Source of the DNA: Trichoplax sp. H2
Taxonomy: Eukaryota
Length of the DNA stretch: 64,000 bases
Assembly (NCBI GenBank): GCA_003344405.1
Contig: NOWV01000023.1
Coordinates: 248,001-312,000, forward strand
Direction: 5' to 3'
The notes under the pieces were generated by a model that had not been told where the DNA came from, searched no databases, and was given only the letters and a program-made list of their open reading frames with translations. The position numbers were made by a program, and so were the translations under genes. Below are positions 25,705 to 40,800 of the stretch, in pieces (the first letter of the stretch is position 1; each line of letters opens with the position of its first letter).

Positions 25705-26840
25705 TTTGTCTGTAAGCTATTTCATAATAGTACCGCAATTAGGATGACTAAACCGATGAGTTTCTTATTTCAATCCATTTCCATGGGTCTTGAAATTGAA
25801 TTTATGAAATGTTCTGCTCACTCCAATTGGAATATGCACTACTATAAGTAGAGGGACTTCTGTCTTAGCTGATTACTATACAGACAGCAGCCTGGAAAGA
25901 GTCGATGACCGTACGCACAATCATGCTACTGCCACCATACTATACACTGTATAGCATAGCACTGTACTGGACTGTATACTATAGGCAGTATAGCAACGAC
26001 GAGTGGAGACCAGACATCTTCAACAAGAGCTGGCATCAATAACGATGTCCAAGCTATACTAATTGCAATTATAAAATTGGCTAATCTCTTAATTATCCAT
26101 CGTAAATCTCGACTACTAAAGAAAACTAATCTAGTGACAGCGATAATCGTTTCATGTTTGCAACGGTAGGATATTTGCTTGTAGAATGAGCTAGAACTGT
26201 GCTCTCTGACATAATATGGCGAATGTCTGCCGCCATAGAGCTCCACTCAAGTTATTCTAAGCTCAGGATTTATAGCTATGATTAAAGGATCTCATCACTG
26301 TATTATAGATACCTTTTCCGACTATAGTAATACTGTACAGCGTAGTTATCTTTTCTCTGCCTCTTCTTAGTCTATCGAAATTGCAACGTCAAATTCAAAT
26401 CTCCGATTAGAATTAGCTTCAATATTGGAATCATTCCATACGTACAATAACATCCAAGCTGCAAGAAACACCATCTTTCTGGATTACTGCAATACTGAGA
26501 GATACCTCTTTGCAATTTTGCTTTATTGGATCAAGATTAGGATGCCAAATTTAAATCTGCGACTATAATAGGTTTCAGCGTTGGAATCAAACTATACGTG
26601 TAATAATACTCGTGGTGAAGGAAAGACCACCTTCACGAACGCGTATCATCTTAGTCAGAGAGGAATTGGCTATACTAACCGATCAATATTGGATCTCTAC
26701 AAAATATTGACCTCGTACGTATATTTCAGTATCTTAAGGTTAAGACTAACCCAATACCTTTTCAATTAATCTTTAACACCGTATAGTAACATATATATCT
26801 ACTGAAATAGAGCAAAGCTACTTCATGTATTAGCGCTCAG

Positions 26841-27089
26841 ATGACTAGTAAGGCACCCCTTCGTTTATATACGCAACTTTTGCGGCAAATAAACAACTTT
26901 CCTGTTACCGAAATGCGAAATAAACTAAGATACAACTTAAGGGAAATGTTTGAGGTTTATAAGCAAGAGTCCAACCCCGATAATGTAAGAAAGCTACTAC
27001 AAGATGGCGAGAATCACCTAAAGCTATTACAGTTTCTCAACAATGCTGACCGGAGCGTTATTATGTCGTTATTTGAACGCAAGAAATGA
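26841..27089 (+). CDS. LYR-motif (Complex1_LYR family) mitochondrial protein
   Basis: PLRLYTQLLR...NFP...LRYNLREMFEVYKQESNPDNVRKLLQDGE pattern; 82 aa, single coding exon. Confidence 0.85.
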   Translation: MTSKAPLRLYTQLLRQINNFPVTEMRNKLRYNLREMFEVYKQESNPDNVRKLLQDGENHLKLLQFLNNADRSVIMSLFERKK

Positions 27090-27579
27090 CATGGCAGTAT
27101 AATCAGTTAATATTTACTGAATATTACAACATATCGCACGCACGAAATAACTTGTATATGCGTATACGAAGCTTGCTTTTATTCTCTGTTAATTTATATG
27201 TTCCAGATATTCAATCTCGTATATAATATCAATAGAATACGTTCAAGCTCATTTAGTATTTTTCATTGATAAGTTAATCCACTATTTACAGATGAATTAA
27301 TATACTGTATAGGCTATACTTTGCTCTTTCAAGCTTCGGATAGCCAACAATTATTGCTATCTTACAATACAACCCAATGTACTATAGATCTTAAATAGGC
27401 TTTATACAAATCAGGTTCTTTCATAGTATATCATCGTTAATAATTTAGTAATGTGAAATATTCGAAACTGCTGAAGCTTTTTGCTATATCTTAAAATATA
27501 CATCTGTTGCTGTACAAAATATCTTTATCCTAGTTTTATTAATAACGTATCGGATCACGATGACTTGGACATTTTAGAT

Positions 27580-30500
27580 TCATCGTGTATCAACAACTCT
27601 TTAACGAGATAAAATGTATCCCTTACTTGATTATTACCGTCTGCCAAAACTGTGAATGTAGCACTGCAAATAAAAATAAATGCATCTGTTAAATATCAAA
27701 TTGACACGCAGAGTAAGACTGTCCAATTTATGAGGTGTTATCAGTACAATATACCAAAAAATAGAGTAGCTTACTTCAAGTTTTGATCAGACGACGATTT
27801 ACTACACTCTTCAAGAACTCTTCGATACAGGTCGCTTCCAAGTTCATTGATACAGTGCCTAAATGAATGATACAAAATTTCAAATAATTCATCCACCTGC
27901 CGTGTTCATTTTGTGTTGCAAAATACTTATGCGAAAGCACAAAGAATAATATTAAAGTAAACACTTCAATTTAACGTTATAGTCATTACTCTGTTATTCG
28001 CGCCTTGCATTCACTTCCTTCATTATCCTGTACCAAATCCTCAATTTGATCCTTATTTTTAGCAGCTTTTGCCGAGGTTAAAATGACCTAATGACGATGC
28101 AAAAATATATATTTTAGAAGTTTCAACATGGATAATAAAAATCTATAATTACTATGACAGCTTACCTGATCATCGTCCGATTCATAATCCTCAAAATCAT
28201 CAGAGTAATCTCCGCATGACGAATGTGTTGAGTTGTCGTTAGCAGCAGTTCTGTTTTCAAAGTCCTTCCCACAACTATGAGTATCTCCACTGTCACTAGA
28301 TTCGAAGTCATCGGAATAATCATTCTCTGATTTCAATGACTGGTCTTTCAATTCATCATTGCTCGATCGTGATAGTAAACTGCTATTCTTGGCCATTTTA
28401 ATGCTACCACCGGAAGAGTTTTCTTGCCTAGCGTATAGCAGAAATTTTTTGATTAAAAGTTAATGTTTTACGTATTAAATAGAGATGATTAAAGTAACGT
28501 AACTTTAATGATGATTAAGAAGTTGCGTAATTATTATAATGTTGACATACGCGTAACCGTATATCCGGTAGAATTATAGAAAATCGAATCTTATACATCC
28601 AATGGATATAATACCTGGTATCAGCCCGATTTGCAACTGCTTCTTGTTCCGAAATGAATAATTGAAGATTATCTTTGACGTATACCGTACTTAATAAAGC
28701 GCCAGCACTACATCAATATCAGAGAGAATAGTGAGATGCAGGCTGTAATGAGACTTTAAATTAGAATTTTTGAGGGTATATCTTTCGTGATATATACGTA
28801 TATATATATATCAACAAAAGTTTGAAATTACCTGGGCCTTTCGTCAGCATTTTTCGTTAGTGCCATTCGTATAAGTTCATTTATATCGCTAGAGAATTGT
28901 GGCGGTAATGGCTAAAAGGAGTGGATAACGTTAGGTGATGAATAATTTAATTTAGATATAGCAAAACCAACTTTAGTATAATATATCATTATTAAACTGA
29001 CTTTATCGTTGTAACATTATATAGTGGACACGTATGGAGTTATTCTTACCTTGTATTCAGTTTTGACAATTTTATAAAATAGAGTAACTAAATTTGTTGC
29101 ATCAAAGGCTGGTTTTAGGGCACACAGTTCATAAAGCAGGCATCCCATGGACTAATGCAATAGCAATAATAGATATATCTTAACAATTTACATATGCATG
29201 TGTATTTACTTTCTATATGCAATTAATTTAAAAACAACACTGTGAGTGTTAGGGTAGAGTTGATATGAAATTCTGCAGTAAGAAAGACTGTGGTATTTTA
29301 ATTTTAAAAAGAATACCCAAATATCGCTTTTTGAACTATATGGCAAGTCTTGGCATAATTCTGGACTTAAGTAACAAGGAGTTCCGACTTTAGATTGAGC
29401 CATATCAAAGGTATTATCCATAATACGGGATACACCAAAGTCACCTGCATCAATAAGATGTCAAATCTGTCTATTACATAGCTAGTTGAATGAAATCAGG
29501 CAAGTACAAAAAGCAATGTAATATATTTTATTACCTAATTTGACTAATTGTTTCTTGGTTAAAAACACATTAGGACTCTTGATATCTCTATCCAATATTT
29601 AACAAACGATTAAGTATGATCAGCGCTTTCGTTAGTACAGCCGTTATATTAATAAGAGCAACGAATTAACTTACTTTTTTCTTATAATAATTAATAAATC
29701 ACATCACATTATTACTACCTACCTATGCAATATTTTCATAGTGTGTAGGTACTGAATTGCCATTAACAGTTGCACAAACCACTATAAAAATAATAATGTT
29801 AGCATTATATACTATTATGTAGTTTCTACTCTAATGCCACTTAAATCTAACGCGTAGAGTATTATACGCCACATGATCTGAGAATAGAGCTCAAATTTCT
29901 GTATAATAAATAAGTAAACATAATCCTGATATTGCATTACCTTCATAATCTGTGACTCTCCAAAATAGGTTTCATTCTATCATATATCAATAAGCATTAA
30001 CTTATGATTTTAGTAGTGTATTATCATGAGTTATATTTGTATATTTTAGCGCACTAACAAGGAAATTAGTTCAGTATGCTCTATACTTGAAATTACTACG
30101 TACTTCTTTTGCTTCGCAGACTTTATCAAATAAAGATCCACCTTCGTAATAATCCTATGGAAAAAATTTAGCTAATTGAGTAATTTATTATTTCTTTTAC
30201 ATATAACTTAATTGCAAACGTATTCGGTGTATATCTTCACCTGTACAATATATAAAAATTGACCACCTTCGCCGAAAAACGAATCTTGAAAAGTCACTAC
30301 GTGTGGGTGCTTCATTTTCGACAGTATCCTTCAATAGATCAAAATTATGTAATTATATAGGGCTATAGCATGATTCTAAACTGTAGTAGATAGTACAGGA
30401 AACGTAAAAATCTGACACTGAGTGAAAACAGCAATATTCTGATTATATTTAACGATATGTTTATAAATGAATATACATCAAAGTCAGAAATTATAGCAAC

Positions 30501-31415
30501 ATTTATAGTTGAAAAGCGGAGGATTCATAGTTTAATTTTTGCTAATGAATTGCAAGTAAATTTGATGAGTGCATACTTCTTTAAGAAACGGAAAGCTTTG
30601 AAATTTCCTAATACAACATTAGAATATAACTATCCATGGACTACTAGGTTTTCTTTTAGTAGTTCATGGACTATCATATTTGAAAGCTTGACAATATTAC
30701 AAAAATCCTAGTTCTGCGGTAACTATCTGACTTTATCGTGATGCATATTGTAAATTCCTTCCGTTTACGTTTGAAAGCCTTACTTAGCTTCGCTTTTAAT
30801 AGTTTCTGCAGTTCTATACTTGCTCTTCTGATCCAATCGTACTTCTTTAATAGCAACCAATCTTTTAATAACAGATCGAGAGGAAGGGGTAATTCATTTT
30901 AATAATTTGCAAACACACAGTACGAAATAGCAGAGAGATTTTTTCCTATACTAAGCTATACGACATTAGGACAATTTAATAATTCTGCCTTAATAGAAAT
31001 ACTCGTATCTTGTATTATCTATGCTTAGCTTGCAATTAGGTTACGAATCATCACTACTTTTTATACATATACTAGTTTAATTTTTTAACGACAGCCTCCA
31101 TAGAAGAAATGATTCATTATAATAGATATTATTACGAATTCGCTAACTTCATAACCCATTTGCTGGTAAGGTAAGTTCCATAGAATATGCTCACCCTTGG
31201 ATCATTTATTTTACAGTAATGTTAAACTGTACAAATTTGTAACTTACGATCAGTTATAACAAGTAATCATGAATAAAATAGTATGGAATGCCATGTTGAA
31301 TATTAACAGGACTATATTATCTTACAATTTACCTTCGAGTAATATGGGAGCGCGCTAGAAAGACCTGGCTAAAACTACCGTTGCCTAATAACTTGAGTTT
31401 GTCGTAGGACTCCAT
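27580..31415 (-). CDS. NIMA-related (NEK) Ser/Thr kinase with an acidic linker and short C-terminal domain
   Basis: MESYDKLKLLGNGSFSQVFL|LVAIKEV...E|MKHPHVV|WFVQLLMAIQYLHTMKILHR|DIKSPNVFLTK..VKL|GDFGVSRIM...VGTPCYLSPELCQDLPYSSKSDIW|SMGCLLYELCALKPAFDA. C-terminal HCINELGSDLYRRVLE; the last exons are less certain. Confidence 0.9.
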
Positions 31416-33150
31416 AGGGAAGATTTGAGCATTACTGTATAGTTTGTTTATTTAAAATTAAGTTCCGTTAACTCTAGTAAGCGAATACTGTAATCGTGAA
31501 ATTATAGAAGCACGACCATAATATGCTATCAAGGTTATAATTGACTAGAGAATCCCAACATCGAAACATCCATGATCGCAAGATTTAAGCTGTAAACGTC
31601 AGAAAGGTTAATATAACTCTTATGAAGCTATACACTAATACAGTTATTGGGTTGCTAGTGAATTTTTAATTAGTACTAGTGTTAGCAACTCGGTCTGCAA
31701 TATAGTTAACACTGGTCAAACTAATGTATTCGGGTACCTAATTCTAAACTATACAGTGTACTACAATGGCTGCGCAATGGTCGTATTGTGCTGTCTATTT
31801 ATACAGTAATGTATACAGTAAATAGATATACTATACGTGACTACGTATACCAAAACTAGAGTACTAGCAGAAGCGCCTTAATAGTCCATTACTAATCATG
31901 GTTCCAATGCATTGTGACGAGAGAGAAATTAAAATATTATTTTATTATTAATTCATTTTTTAGAATATCGTACTAGGTAATAAAGCAATGGTGAATAGTA
32001 AAAATATTACAACAAACGCGAGTTATTACGCGTGAGCGATGAAGAAATGCTTACAGAAAATCAATCTCCACGCAATTTAGATTAACTACTCGTATATTCT
32101 GGCTCTTTATACTATCTATAACGTAAATCCCATGCAGTATAATGTAAGTATGGTAGTCCACGTACTGCATATACAGTATATTACCCACTATCATCCAGTA
32201 ACCAATAGGATTTTGATAGGTATATATTATACGCTACGTATATACAATCCCTTCAAAATGGCCGGCTAAGTGTTATATCTTACTGCCTTATCTCAGTAAT
32301 TGTCCTATTTTATATACAGGAAATAAATTTTCAATATTCGGCTATTTATTTTAACGACAAAATAAAGTTGTAAACACTTATTTATTGATCATTCATTCAT
32401 CGATTAAAAAAATATATAATAGTGTAACCACGCTTAAGATCAAAGCAATCAACGTAGAATTTACTTACTAATTTTTTATGCGGCTCAATCATCTCAAATT
32501 AGAATAATACATAGTGTAATAAAAAATCAAATTTAAAACATCATAAATAAAATACTAACTGTCGAGTTTATTACTAGCACATTTTAAACCAAAGATTGAA
32601 TCTTTTAACGTAATACGGCCTCCCTAAATCTGACGTTGATATGTGAGAAACCTACATTAGCTATTTGACGATGTTTTCAGATTTAAGAAAGATCTAATAG
32701 AATAATAATTATTATACTTGATTAGTTCGTAGATCATTCTGCGTGTGTCGATGATTATAATATTAACGTAGACGCTCAGTTGTTTTAAATTTACTTCACA
32801 ACAAAAATAGTATAGACGCTCTCCCAATTTGCTGGCTTAATCTCACTAAGGACTTTGTATTAGTATACGATTAAAAGCCGTAATAACTATAATTAATTAT
32901 TTCACTTATAATTTTCATATCATAGAATCAATCAAGTACGTAGAGCGACCGAGAGTTTGATTTTAGACATGAATCATTTGCTTCCTATTCATAATCGGAG
33001 TCATTCCGTAAATTTAGCTAAATTAGCATGATATTGCTATTGTATAAAAATCACTAATAAATTTATAAGTGCAAATTATACTGTACTAGTGAACATCAAT
33101 TGGTGAGGTAAAAGGAATGTATAGCTTTTGCCTATGGTGTTCCTGGCGGA

Positions 33151-34881
33151 TTAAGTAGATACGTAATCATTTATAATATACAATTCTTTGTGCTTTCTCC
33201 AAACTTTTCTAGCCCAGTTTGGAACATGAGTACGCCACCTAGATTTCCATTCGTCTAATGCACTATCGGATAAGCTGATAGTCTATGTATAAGAGAGATT
33301 AATTATATTATGCATTAATTAATATAATAAGATTGCAATACAAAATTACTAATGATAATGATATGCATTAGTTGCATGTCATACCAAGTGAGGAGGATAG
33401 TTTGCGTCCATATGACCCATAATTATATAATCTTTGGTGCTTATCAAATTTGCACCGATACACGTAGAATTAATATGTAATGTGGTAAATCCTTTCTTTA
33501 TGTGAGCTTTCGCAAATAAAACCTCTGATATTCTTACAAGAACTTTAGCAGAGGTATCGAATTGTTCCACTGAAATAACACGAGCACGAATACCTATATG
33601 AAATTATCGAGCCGTTTTAATAGAATTAATTTGTTATGAAGCTATAACTCATAAATATTTCTATAATATCTAAAGCAATTATTATTGACTTCCATTTAAA
33701 TGGAAGATGCAGTACCCTTACCAAATGTGTATCGTCTCTTACGAAACTGCCACAAACTAGGTTTATCAAATCTATTTAGGCAATATTCTACAAAGGCGGA
33801 AAAAAACCAATAATGAGATCTTTAATCATTAACTCATTTTATATCTATAGGATTTCAGTCCTCACTTATGACTGTTAACTCTCATTTTTGCTATAAATCA
33901 AACTTACTAATTCCACAGTCTTTAAGGTGACAAGGATTAAGTTCGTTAATTTTAGAGCATGAACCCTCAATGTGAATAAATCGGTATCTCTTCGCATATC
34001 CTGCGTTGCACTCGCGTGAACAGTTACCCCAACTTGACCATGTGGTTTCACATTCTGGAATAATAGCAGATTACAATTTACTTTTTAGAATACTATAAAA
34101 GGAAATAAGCTTGAAAGGTTATGGGCTAGTAATTTTAATTGACATGATATATTTCAATGTAATTCTACTTAATTTAGCTGCATAAACAAGTTGTTATTGC
34201 CTTGTATTGACTCTGTGATTTAAAATGTTAATATGATCAATTCTACTATTTACATAAAATGCAGATGGGTTCATAGTAGCTACCGTACCTTCTCGGCTTT
34301 TTATAGGGGGTGGTGTTGATGTACCTGTACATATATAAATTATTAACGTTATTAAAAAAACGCTATTCCACTGTGGTAAGTAAGTCAAATAAAAAATTAA
34401 GACTATTTAATAACAGAAGAAAATATATACCAGAAATAATTGAACTCGGCTTGATACAGACACCAAAATCATGTACTGGAAATTTGTTACAAGCTAAAGC
34501 AGTTGGCCAAGTTTGATTATTAAATCTTTTGATAATGGGCTCTGCTATATTGCGAGCATCCTCACAGACTGATTGACAAGGTGGCACCGGCTTTGCCATC
34601 TCGGAACATATTGGAAAATAAAGAGTGCATAGAAAGAAACGTAACTTTTCATACCATGATCTATTAATTGCTTTGATGTAGTCCACTAGAAGTATGTAAC
34701 GTTCGATTTCTGATTTTGCAATATCTTGATTTTCGTGATATGCCCTATTTGGAAATTTTGTATGATTATAAATTTCTCTGCACATAGACATTTTCATAGG
34801 TTGACAACCATTAGGGAGAGGAGCCAACCATATACACGGTAACCATATTAATAGAAAGATGAGACTGATGGTCCTTTTCAT
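33151..34881 (-). CDS. Secreted frizzled-related (sFRP-like) protein: signal peptide - Fz CRD - TSP1 - NTR
   Basis: ATG at 34881, signal peptide MKRTISLIFLLIWLPCIWLA. CRD CQPMKMSMC..YNHTKFPN...LRFFLCTLYFPIC...PCQSVCEDAR...WP..LAC. TSP1 exon TWSSWGNCSRECNAGYAKRYR. NTR-like GIRARVISV...TCIG....KDYIIMG...EWKSRW. TAA at 33151-33153. Confidence 0.88.
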
Positions 34882-37800
34882 CGTAAATGCCAATAGTATT
34901 GCTTAATTTATTCCTATGTAAGTGAAGTTAAGTCCAATAATATTTGATATGCAGATCCAAGCGTACTGTAAATCTAAAGTATACTAGATTGATTAATGAT
35001 TTGTAGCAGAGTTATCTTCATCACCTTCTTATAAATATTTCGGGATGACGAATTTCGTTGATAAGGCTGAGTAGACGGCGCCTTGATGTAATTAATTACT
35101 AGCTAGCGATAAGTATTCTTACCAGACAAGTCTACTAAGTAATAAAGACCTCCCTTTGTTGACCTCTTTATACTCTACCGTTTATACGCCGAATACTACG
35201 GTACCGTTATTGCTCCTCTCTCATCTTGCGTATGATATCTTTATAGATGGATTCTTAAAGCCTCCTTTATCGTTATTTGTTATAGCATTGCTCGAAAATA
35301 TTAAAAATTGCTTTACTAATATTATTACCGTTCATAAACGTTTACACAAATATGTACCTGCTGATTACCGTCATCTTTTAACCGGAGAATAGACTCAAAC
35401 AAATATTGATGGGATTTCAGCTTACGAAATTTAATAAAATCAATATTAGTTAAGATACTAGATATCCAAGTGGCTATATAAAATGCACTCGAAGCAATTT
35501 ATTTGAAAACATACCGTAACATCAGTGGATCTATTGCCATTGACATATCCACAGATTCCATTTAAAGTAGCATTGTCATATCGGATAAATTATTCAACGC
35601 ATTCAATTGCATATCTGATAAATCCCACGAATTCTATTATTTGTAGTTATTATTTGTAGAATTTTGTTATTTTCAGATAATAAATTCTAACTCTTTAATC
35701 ATCCAATCATGCTAGTTTGACGCGGACTAACCTGAGCTATGCACCCTAACAGAGGTTACTATAAAAAATAGAAGCAAATTAATTCAGCCATACCGGAACT
35801 TACTGATTAGCTACCGGTGTATCTATATACACAGTATACAGTTTCATTCTTGGTTTATCACTTCCTTTTTCGATATATGGTGATTTACGCAAGTTAGATG
35901 GACATATACAGTTGATTGTACTAATAGCATAACTGAAAAAGAGTGCCGCTAAATTAAGATACTGTCTGCAGCATTTTAAAATTATTCCGTAATCATATCT
36001 TTATTAGATCAAATTGTAGCTTTATTCTATAGTATACTGGGCGTGTATTACATTTTGATGTCTATACCAATTCACAATAATATCGCGATCGTTTAATGCT
36101 GAAACAATAGAATTACGACAAAAATACCACTAATTGCTAAATTTCTATAACTAATGAATGCAATTTAATTTTTCAAAAGGTCGATAATTGCTTGATTTAG
36201 GCCGCACACTTGGGTTATGGCGCCTACAACGTCATTAGCATTAAAGGAATAGTTTAAGACGTCCTTGATTCATTTAGATATATTACGCCGTTGCTTTAAT
36301 TTCTAGTGTTCATATTTCTTGTTTTCGTACCTTTCATATAGTATCAGTGTTAGTTATTTCAATGTTGACATAAGAATTGCCATGATTAGCATGACATTAA
36401 CAGAGCACATAACTATCCTAACTTACGTATTGCATTATACAACAAAAACTAATGTACAACATTTAATATAACCCCATCAAAACATGTTGATAACAAATAC
36501 AGGCCTAATAAGATTGTTTTATTAGAACTAACTTGTGTTTGTTGTCGACGGCAAACATCATCTTCACAACAACATTGACATTTTTAAGTAACCATAATAA
36601 AATCGATTAATAATTATAATAATGAACAAGAATGCACGAGCTTGCCTTCGTCATAGTACGGCAAAATCTAATCGTCAAATTTGTTTTTTACTGTATACCT
36701 ACGGTATATGATCACTACTTTACTGATTTAATGTTGAAATTGATCAAATGATAATTATCGTCCTTCAAACACAATAATTGTTAGTATCGGACACAGAGTT
36801 TTATTAGGTAAACAGAACAAGATTTATGATGTCGCTAGCAATTTATCATTTATTATCAATTTTATCATTTTATTCCTTTACATGAAGCGCCCGACATAGA
36901 TAATATTTCAAAGAGCCGAATATGGATTTATGAAATCATCAGTCTAATATGAGATAACCTTCTTTTGTCTGGCCGAAACTCTTTTTGATAAAGTAACAAA
37001 GTATTAAATATATTCGCCGAATAGTTATTTTTTCAATTTGATCCAACTAGAATGCCAATTATTGAAGAAATGCCTAAGTGGGAAACTGTTGTTGATAGAG
37101 ATTAAATCAATATCTAATTTCGAATTTTGAGTCATTGCGCTTCTTAATGGATATTGTATACTATAGAACGAGATTTGATTTCGTTCCATTTTGGCTTATT
37201 CTCTCCAATGGACGTATGTACTCATGAATGGAAATATCGATATAGTAAGTTATCATCTATGATATCTTATGCTGAGATAAACTAGCAGACGTAGTACAGC
37301 AATTTAAAAACGGTTATTAAATTGGTAACATTATTTATGAATGGCATGTCGTGATTACTGTAGGTAAACGGTAGCTAGCAAAACAAGAAACTGTGATTGA
37401 TTCGAAAGTAAACAATAGCTAGCGATAGCATTAAATAATAATACTGCTGTTCATGCCATAATCAGAAGATTATAGAAAATATAAGGAACCATGCTATTTA
37501 CCGGATACGTCAGTGATCCCCATTATAAAGTAGTTAGTCGAGGTAAATTATAATGACGATAGAATTAAAATATTATTGTATTTTTAGTTTACTCATTCTA
37601 TCCCATCGATAACATGAATGTAATTACACGGTTATTTATTTATTCGTAATAATTAATTTATAGTTTTAAATCAAACATTCTAAGGCATACGATCAAGTTA
37701 AACAATACCACATCAGCGATTCTACTGACGTCCATCCTGATACAGTAATGAAAAATGTGACGATTTGAATTTTACATTTTAAGATTAAAACTGAGGCATT

Positions 37801-40800
37801 TTATTTTCTTTTCAATTACTGTACATTAATAAGGTAATAGTTCAGTTTTATGACTTCTATTTACTTTGTATTAGAGGATTGATCACCTAATTCGCAGTGT
37901 TACATAAAATCCTATGCTTTTACCGTGTAATTCTGAAAGAAAGTTTGAAAGTTCTATAGTATAAAAAGGTAGAAACATTAACTTTTCTATGTTGAAATAC
38001 TTGATTGCAATTCTCAATTACATTACTGTACTATAGAAAGATAAATGACCTGTCGTGGATTAATATCGTACAATCCAATTTTTTATCAAATTTTTTGCAT
38101 GAGAAGACTTAGAATTATTTGGCATTCATTGGGAAATCTTGGAAAATATTAAATTCATAAATTGTCAACGATATTTTATACTTTTCTTTCATATCACTAT
38201 AGTTGAACTAAGGTTTGACTCATTAATGTACGAATAAGATCTAATTAAAAACGTCAACAATGTTATGGCTATTATAAGACGAGCTTTCATTTATGTACCG
38301 ATATGTGTAAAGTTGACTTAAAACCAGCTCGAAGCACACAGTGTTTATTGTCACTGCTGATACTTTTGTTAACTTAATACGAGGTCGTGAGGCATTCTAT
38401 ATTTCCAAATTGACAGTTTCAATATCTAAACTATTAATGTATGACTGCAACTTCTGAGTTTATTGTTTATATTCATAATTAATACGTTTTCGATCATAAT
38501 ATAATAGCATATGACTAATAAATATAGTTCTTTTACAGCCTACAGTACAATATGTGGTGTGTTCTATATTTATTTTGAAATTATAATCCCGATTGTCAAG
38601 ATCATAAGACTGATACCTGTATACAGCTATATTAATATTGCCTTGATTGTGCCAGTATCAGCCGTAAATGATATAATGTACTATAGTGTAATAAATTGTT
38701 ACGGGAGCATAAATTTCAATGCTTCAACACGGTATACTGACAGTAAAAAAATGAGATAAAATATTGTATTTCAAGGTCGCAGCAATGCCGTATGAATGAA
38801 ATTAAAATATTATACTATAAAATATAAGGTAGGCCTAAAATATTTTAAGATTTGTTACCGTTTTGCTGTTGATTTTAAGTGCTGATTACCTCTCTAAGAA
38901 TAACAATTACGAACTACTGAATAGTGCTAAAGATGCATACGCTGGGTAATTTTATTTCACGAAAAAGACTAATAAAGGGCTCATTAGAAGGTCATACTGC
39001 TCCTTAGAATAGATTGAATGATAATTTCTATTCTAAAATTCAATTTAATCGAAAGAGCTTCATACAGTACTCTACATTTTGGAGTTAATTGAACAACTAT
39101 GTTGACGATTATTGGCTTTGGATGGATATTATGAAGATTATAATAGCTATCCACATCTTCGTAGTCCTTTCAGTGGAAAGTTTGAATTATCCTTTAATAG
39201 TACTAGGTTATTATGATTTATAGAAATATACACTGATTTAATTCAGGTTCCTGAAGTGAAATTTTTACTTGATTGTTCGATTCTTGTATCGCTGTGATTT
39301 AACCTTGATTAGACAAAGAGAGTGATTACTCACACCGCAGTATACGCTATCAATATTGCTTACGTTGTTTAATAATAGTGTGAAGTTAGTATACATTTTA
39401 CCATAAAAGTATCTGTACGATTTCTACTGGGAATTTCACAACCTTACAAATCTGAAAGAAAAGAAACTGCTACTTAGAATTTCTTTAGACTTTAGATCTT
39501 TGGTTAAGAACGTAGGTTGTATTTCAACGTGAAGTACTATATATATAGACATGTAAACTTTCATGAAGTAATGATTTTAGAATATCTATTATCAAAATAT
39601 CATAAAGGGTAAATATTGGAGTGTTGTCGAAATGAATTTAACCTATGACACGATTTCAATTCCACGCTAGGATATGTATGATGATTGCACAACTCACAAC
39701 TCACTAACTGGTTATGTTTACAAGCCATCAATGTTGCATTAAAATAAAACTGATCATGAGCTTGGATTCACCCATTCTAAGTAAGCCACGTATGGGATTC
39801 CCATAATTTATGTCAAGATCTATTTGTGTCATAACTCATGAATTATTATGGCCTAATATAGAACACTAATATCACAATGTTGTGGATTAAATTTGGGTCG
39901 TGCGTCCTATACGGTGGGATCAATGCCCCTAGGTAAGACTGGGATAAGCATTTTCTGCATCCTCTCTTTCTTTTAGGGTCTCTAGAGTTCACTATACATT
40001 ATCACCGCGTAATCACGATTATAAGGACTTCCCTCTATGCAGTCACAGGTCACTTTTTTTAGGGATTCCGTGCTGTACTTGGCGTATTTACGGTGTCTAT
40101 CAACGAAATTTTGATTCCTGCTAGAAGCATGCTTCTATATATTACCCTATGCTCGATTCTGTCACCGTGCCTATGCTTACTGTCCATGATTAATCAGAGT
40201 ATATTAATGCTGCTATAAGTTTATAAAATTGAGTCAATTGTATTTACATCTTCTATTACCTTTCTACTATACTAGCTATTTATGTAATTTAAAACGATTT
40301 TAGAACGTCTGACTCAGCACGACTCGTTCCAGTCAATAACCAAAGTTGAAATGAAGTGTTGCACTGGTGCTATGTTTTACCTACTCACAACTAATATGAA
40401 TCATTCCATGTATGGAAACGTCTCTGTTCGTTGTATTACTGTGCAATACTGTATATTAAGTTTATATATGGACAGGAAAATACTTTACCGTGGCAAGCAA
40501 TTCAGCTAGGATAGCTATATAAGGTATTAGAGGGTTGATTTTACGTAAGCGTTTCAATTTTTAGATTAGGACACACAAATAGGCAGCTTCACTTTCAGTG
40601 AAATACGTTTGGATTGCACGCTTGTGATAATCACGTAGCACTAAAAGATGGAAGATAGAGCATAATTTATCACGTATGTTGGTTAATATGCTTTTAAGTT
40701 AGTATTGATCGCACTTGGTTTTTAAATAATCAGATAGGTGTCGTTTTGCTGATATAATAAGGATCATAATTGCTATTATTGATTGTTGGATACAGTCTAA

